DNA of 64,000 bases from positions 100,549-164,548 of the forward strand of contig JBMOMT010000055.1 of NCBI GenBank assembly GCA_049324835.1, read 5' to 3'. The notes under the pieces are model-generated. The model saw nothing but the letters and a program-made list of their open reading frames with translations. It made no database searches and had not been told where the DNA came from. Made by a program: the position numbers and the translations under genes. Shown here piece by piece: positions 59,804 through 64,000 of the stretch (positions are counted from its first letter, which is position 1; every line of letters starts with the position of its first letter). This stretch comes from Chloroflexota bacterium. GTDB taxonomy: Bacteria > Chloroflexota > Anaerolineae > CAYNKW01.

Positions 59804-60711
59804 ACCTCCTCCTCCCGCGTGGTCCAGTGGATGTACAAGATAGAAAAGACCAGGATCATCGAGAATAACACCACCGCCATGGCTGCACCGTAGCCCATTT
59901 TGTAGTGGCGGAAGGTATTGGCAAACATCCAGGTGGCGATGACTTCGGTGGCGTGGTTTGGGTTGCCTCGGGTGAGCACAAAAATAAGGTCGAACAGCTT
60001 GAGTGCGTCCATGGTCATCCACACCACAACGACGATCGTCGCCTGGCGCACCAGGGGTACGGTGATCTTGCAAAAGCTCTGCCAGCCGCTGGCGCCATCG
60101 ACTCGCGCCGCTTCGTACAAGTCGATGGGGATGGCCTGGATGGCCGCGTAAAAGATGACAATGGCAAAACCCGTAAAACGCCAGATGCCCGGCACCAGGG
60201 CCGCCGCAAAGGCGGTGGATCGCTCGCCCAGCCAATCGTGCATCCAGCTTTCCAGCCCTACGGCCTGGAGCAGCAGGCCGGGCGCATTGATGCGCGGGTT
60301 ATAAATCCACGACCAGATGGTGCCCACCGCCACCATCGACACCAGGTAGGGCAAAAAGATGGCCGAGCGGTAAAAGCCGCCGCCGCGCAGGTTGCTGAAC
60401 AGAGCGGCAAAGCCCAGGCCCAGCGCCGTTGGCGCTATTGCCAGAGCCAGAGTGGCCGCTATCGAGTTACGCAGCGACAACCGGAACACCTCATCCTGGG
60501 TGAACATAGTCACATAGTTGTCCAGCCCGATAAAAGTCATCTCTTTTCCCAGGCCGTTCCACTCAAAGAAGCCAAAATAGATAGATTGGAGCACCGGCCA
60601 GAAAACGAATACCAAATAGATCACCAGCGCCGGCAGCAGGAACAGATAGGCTGTGCGCATTTCTTGCCAGCGCCGCCGGGGCATTTTCCGTAACTGGAGC
60701 CACGCCGACAT
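59800..60711 (-). CDS. Carbohydrate ABC transporter permease
   Basis: YLFLLP, FIGLDNY, LYEAARVDGA, GYGAA. Confidence 0.92.
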   Translation of the reverse strand: MSAWLQLRKMPRRRWQEMRTAYLFLLPALVIYLVFVFWPVLQSIYFGFFEWNGLGKEMTFIGLDNYVTMFTQDEVFRLSLRNSIAATLALAIAPTALGLGFAALFSNLRGGGFYRSAIFLPYLVSMVAVGTIWSWIYNPRINAPGLLLQAVGLESWMHDWLGERSTAFAAALVPGIWRFTGFAIVIFYAAIQAIPIDLYEAARVDGASGWQSFCKITVPLVRQATIVVVVWMTMDALKLFDLIFVLTRGNPNHATEVIATWMFANTFRHYKMGYGAAMAVVLFSMILVFSILYIHWTTREEEV

Positions 60712-60728
60712 ACTTTGCCCTCCAAAAA

Positions 60729-60765
60729 CCAGACCCCAAGGGTCGCTGTGACCCTCGGGGTCTGG
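60729..60765. repeat. REP-like palindrome between the substrate-binding protein and permease genes
   Basis: CCAGACCCCAAGGGTC-GCTGT-GACCCTCGGGGTCTGG, 16-bp arms with 1 mismatch. Confidence 0.75.
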
Positions 60766-60772
60766 CCCTGCA

Positions 60773-62131
60773 TTACGCTTCGCCCTGGGGCACCCCCACC
60801 CAGGGTGTGGTTTCGGCCACCTTTTGGGCGTTGTCCATGGCCTGCTGCACTGTCTGAGAGCCATTGAGCACCGCCTGGATGTTGGAAAAGATGGCAGTGA
60901 CCACTTCGGGGTGGAATTCCAGGTCCAGGTGGGCGAACGAGTCGTACTTTTGCACGACGGCATAGATGTTTTGGGTCAGTTCCGGCAGCGAGTCTTCCGT
61001 GCCCTTGACCGTGGGCATAAAGCTGGTGCCCGCCCAGGTCGACTGAATCTCGGGCGAGATCATAAAGTCCAGCCACTTGGCACCTTCGTCGGGGGCCGGA
61101 TTCTTGGCGCTGATGCACTGAACCCCCTCTACGTACAGGTCGTTGGCGATGGGGATATCCTGGTTGACCTGGGGGTACATGAAAAAGCCCAGTTCGTAGG
61201 GCGTCGCCATCATGCCTGGCAGGAGCTGCGGCGGCACAAAGCTGTGCAGCACCGTCATGCCCACCGTGCCAGAGGCCATCAGCCCCAGCCAGCCAAAGAT
61301 GTCCAGGCCGTTGATGTCCTCGTTCATGTAGCCCTTGGGGTTAAAAAAGATGTCGGTCATGATACGATCCAACGCGGACACCACTCCCTTGTCGTTGAGC
61401 GGCACCTCACCACGCACCACCTGCTTGCGATAGTCGTTGCCGTTCTCGCGCACAACGGCATAGTCCCACCACCACTGCGTCCAGCCGCCTTCCTTGTTGC
61501 CCAGGCACAGCGGCAAAAAGCCAGCAGCCTTGATCTTGTCGCAGTAGCCCAGGAACTCGTCCCAGGTGACAATCTCGGGCGGCTCGATACCGGCCGCCTG
61601 GAAGATGGTCTTGTTATAGTAGACGCCAGCGGTGCAGATTTCGGTTGGCACCGAGTAGTACTTGCCGCCGATGGTGATCACATTGGCGGCCAGATCGACC
61701 AGCCGCTCTTTCCACTTGTACTGCTCGTAATAGCTGGAGACGTCGGCAACCAGCCCTTCTTCCACCAGGAACTTGAGCCAGTTACCCCCGTAGCCGTAAA
61801 ACAGGTCGGGTGGGTCATCGGAGGCCATGGCCACCTTGATGGTGGATTTATAGTCCTCGTCGCCGAAAAAGTTCTTTTCTATGGTGATGTTTGTATTCTT
61901 TTGTTGGAACTGGTCGACAAAACCCTCGAACGTCGTCTTGACCGGCTCCCAGAAATATCGATACCACAGGCTGAACGTCACCGGTTCGGGCGGCCTGGTC
62001 GCTGCCGCCGTCGGCGCAACAGTGGGCGCCGGAGTGGTCCCGCAGCCAGCGAGCAACGATGGCGCTACCAGCCCTGCTGTGGCTGCGGCCGACAACTTGA
62101 GAAAATCTCGTCTGCGAATTTGGCTGCTCAT
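60773..62131 (-). CDS. Sugar ABC transporter substrate-binding Tat lipoprotein
   Basis: RRRDFLK twin-arginine motif, lipobox LAGC, PPDLF, YYNKTIF. Confidence 0.92.
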   Translation of the reverse strand: MSSQIRRRDFLKLSAAATAGLVAPSLLAGCGTTPAPTVAPTAAATRPPEPVTFSLWYRYFWEPVKTTFEGFVDQFQQKNTNITIEKNFFGDEDYKSTIKVAMASDDPPDLFYGYGGNWLKFLVEEGLVADVSSYYEQYKWKERLVDLAANVITIGGKYYSVPTEICTAGVYYNKTIFQAAGIEPPEIVTWDEFLGYCDKIKAAGFLPLCLGNKEGGWTQWWWDYAVVRENGNDYRKQVVRGEVPLNDKGVVSALDRIMTDIFFNPKGYMNEDINGLDIFGWLGLMASGTVGMTVLHSFVPPQLLPGMMATPYELGFFMYPQVNQDIPIANDLYVEGVQCISAKNPAPDEGAKWLDFMISPEIQSTWAGTSFMPTVKGTEDSLPELTQNIYAVVQKYDSFAHLDLEFHPEVVTAIFSNIQAVLNGSQTVQQAMDNAQKVAETTPWVGVPQGEA

Positions 62132-62201
62132 TTCTTCCTCCATAGTACTACATCGAATCGTATGGAATCTGTTTCGCACCGCGCCTGGTTACGTCTGTCT
62201 C

Positions 62202-63116
62202 TCACCCCCCTTCCCGGTCTCTCACCGGGTCCCGCAAGGCCCGATAACCAATGACCTGCACACCAGAACGGTGCAGGTAGTTCCGCAACTCGCGGCTGGT
62301 GAAAGCTTCATAGTCGGCCACACGGCAGGGCCAATCGGCTGTGATGGCGCGCAGCTCGGGCGTATCCACCGCCGGGTGCAGGACCAAGTGGGTCAAGCCT
62401 GGGGGCAGTCCGCCGAGGGCCTGGCTGGCCAGACCAACCCGGTCATCTGGCCTATCCAGCGGCATCATGAAGGCGTGATCGGGCAGCGGTATGCCCATCG
62501 CCTCCAGTTCGTATACTTTTTCGGCCACCAGATGCGCGGTCTCCCAGTCGATGGCCAGCCCCATACCCTGGGCCAGTGCGTACCAGCCGGCGGCGTCTTT
62601 GCGCAGCAACATCAGCGGCAGTCGGTTGTCGACCGCCAAACGGGTGTACGCAGGCAGAAAGCCGGGATGGAGCACAGACAACTGGTGAGAATCGAGATGG
62701 GTGATGTCGATTCCAGCGCTGCGAGCGCGTTCCACCTGGGCCAGCAATTCGCCAGCGACAGCTTCCGGCGTGGCGTGGGCCTGCACGCCAGCCGGGCCAA
62801 AGTGAAAATATCCTTCATCGTCGACCAGGCCCGAGGCCGGGTCGCGCGTCGAGATCGGTCCCCAACGGTAGCTGCGATACTCGCAGGTCAGCGTCAGGTG
62901 CACTCCCATGTCCACGGCGCGATGGTCGCGGCAAAAGGCTGCGACCTCTGGAAACCAGGCACAGGGTACCATGGTCGCCGCCGACGAGACGACGCCGGCG
63001 TCCAGCAGATCGGCCAGCGCAGGCAGGGTGGCCTGACACATGCCGATGTCGTCGGCGTGGACGATCACCACGCGGTCCTGTGCATCAAATCCCAACTCTT
63101 TCAGTGCTGGATTCAT
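62202..63116 (-). CDS. YdjC/ChbG-family carbohydrate deacetylase
   Basis: HADDIG, MVPC, GVHLTL, THLDSH, LHP. Confidence 0.88.
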   Translation of the reverse strand: MNPALKELGFDAQDRVVIVHADDIGMCQATLPALADLLDAGVVSSAATMVPCAWFPEVAAFCRDHRAVDMGVHLTLTCEYRSYRWGPISTRDPASGLVDDEGYFHFGPAGVQAHATPEAVAGELLAQVERARSAGIDITHLDSHQLSVLHPGFLPAYTRLAVDNRLPLMLLRKDAAGWYALAQGMGLAIDWETAHLVAEKVYELEAMGIPLPDHAFMMPLDRPDDRVGLASQALGGLPPGLTHLVLHPAVDTPELRAITADWPCRVADYEAFTSRELRNYLHRSGVQVIGYRALRDPVRDREGG

Positions 63117-63150
63117 TTTGTCCCTCGCCCTGGTATTGCTCTGTGCCCTG

Positions 63151-64000
63151 CTATCCACCTTTCGGCACACAGGACTCGCGTTCCACCAATTCCAGATCCA
63201 ACGCAACCGGCGCATCCGTCTCACGACCAGCAATCAGATCGAGCAGCAAACGCATGGCTTGCCGACCCAATGCTCCCATGTCCTGCCGCATCGTGGTCAG
63301 GGGGGGCTCCAAATAGCTGGCGATGGTGACATCGTCAAAGCCGATCACCGACAGATCGTGGGGCACTTGCACCCCTGTCAAACGCGCACCTCGCAAGGCT
63401 CCGAATGCCGTCAAGTCATTGAAGCAACAGACCGCCGTGGGAGGATCCGGCAAGGCAAGAAGGGCCTGCACGCCTTTCATTCCTCCTGTCTCGTGTGCAT
63501 CCCCTTCGAACGCCAGAACCGGATCCCAGGGGATGCCATGCGTAGCGAGCGCCCGTCGATACCCCTCCAGCCGGTCGTGGCCGGGCAGTGTCCAGAATGG
63601 GGCGCCAATGTGAGCGATACGCCGGTGCCCCAGACGGATCAGATACTCGGTGGCCGCCTGGGCTCCTGCCACATCGTGAGTCTGCACGACGTAGCGATGG
63701 GAGGTCGGCACCAGGGGGCTGATCTGCACGATGGGAATGCCCCACGCCTGGTGCAACGTTGTCACCTCTGCCCCCAGCACCGAGCTGACCATGACGATAC
63801 CGTCCACATACCGGTTGTGGAATGTCCTGAGAACGCGGCGTTCTTGCTCCACCTCGGCGTAATGAGTGCTGACCAAGACCTCGTAACCAGACGTGCGGGC
63901 CAGCTCCTCGATAGACGGCACGACCCGGGCGACCCACATGTCGGACAGGGTGCGCACCGCCAGGCCCAGGGTATGGGTGCGCCGGGTGACCAGACTGCGG
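63151..64000 (-). CDS. LacI-family transcriptional regulator (5' end outside window)
   Basis: GHRRIAHI, RLEGY, NDLTAFG, VPHDLSVIGFDD, PPLTT. Confidence 0.9.
   Translation of the reverse strand, partial: RSLVTRRTHTLGLAVRTLSDMWVARVVPSIEELARTSGYEVLVSTHYAEVEQERRVLRTFHNRYVDGIVMVSSVLGAEVTTLHQAWGIPIVQISPLVPTSHRYVVQTHDVAGAQAATEYLIRLGHRRIAHIGAPFWTLPGHDRLEGYRRALATHGIPWDPVLAFEGDAHETGGMKGVQALLALPDPPTAVCCFNDLTAFGALRGARLTGVQVPHDLSVIGFDDVTIASYLEPPLTTMRQDMGALGRQAMRLLLDLIAGRETDAPVALDLELVERESCVPKGG

Overview
GC-rich bacterial chromosome segment, most likely Chloroflexota/Anaerolineae (inferred from [FY]LPLI[LRK] surface-protein motifs, Pro/Thr-rich linkers and gene content). From left to right it holds: (1) an operon of secreted proteins (multiheme c-type cytochrome lipoprotein running off the left edge, beta-helix lipoprotein, BNR/Asp-box propeller, GH114-like hydrolase); (2) housekeeping and membrane genes, including an ArsR-patA-pimA-pgsA-like glycolipid cluster, tRNA-Leu(TAG) and mutL; (3) a his operon with leader-peptide attenuator; (4) a 25-kb minus-strand catabolic region; (5) a LacI/sugar-ABC/URO-D-family locus. 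The most unusual feature is a GxxExxY (PD-(D/E)XK-like) gene inserted between hisD and hisC. It is flanked by two oppositely oriented tandem arrays of an ACGGA/TCCGT-core 9/12-bp unit, which add about 60-aa low-complexity extensions in frame to HisD and HisC. A third orphan array of the same family extends HisH. Also present are a ~140-bp MITE with 8-bp target-site duplications, several REP-like hairpins (one inserted in frame in a CDS) and a HAD hydrolase that is a candidate for the missing histidinol-phosphate phosphatase. All assignments come from motif recognition by eye; no database searches were run.
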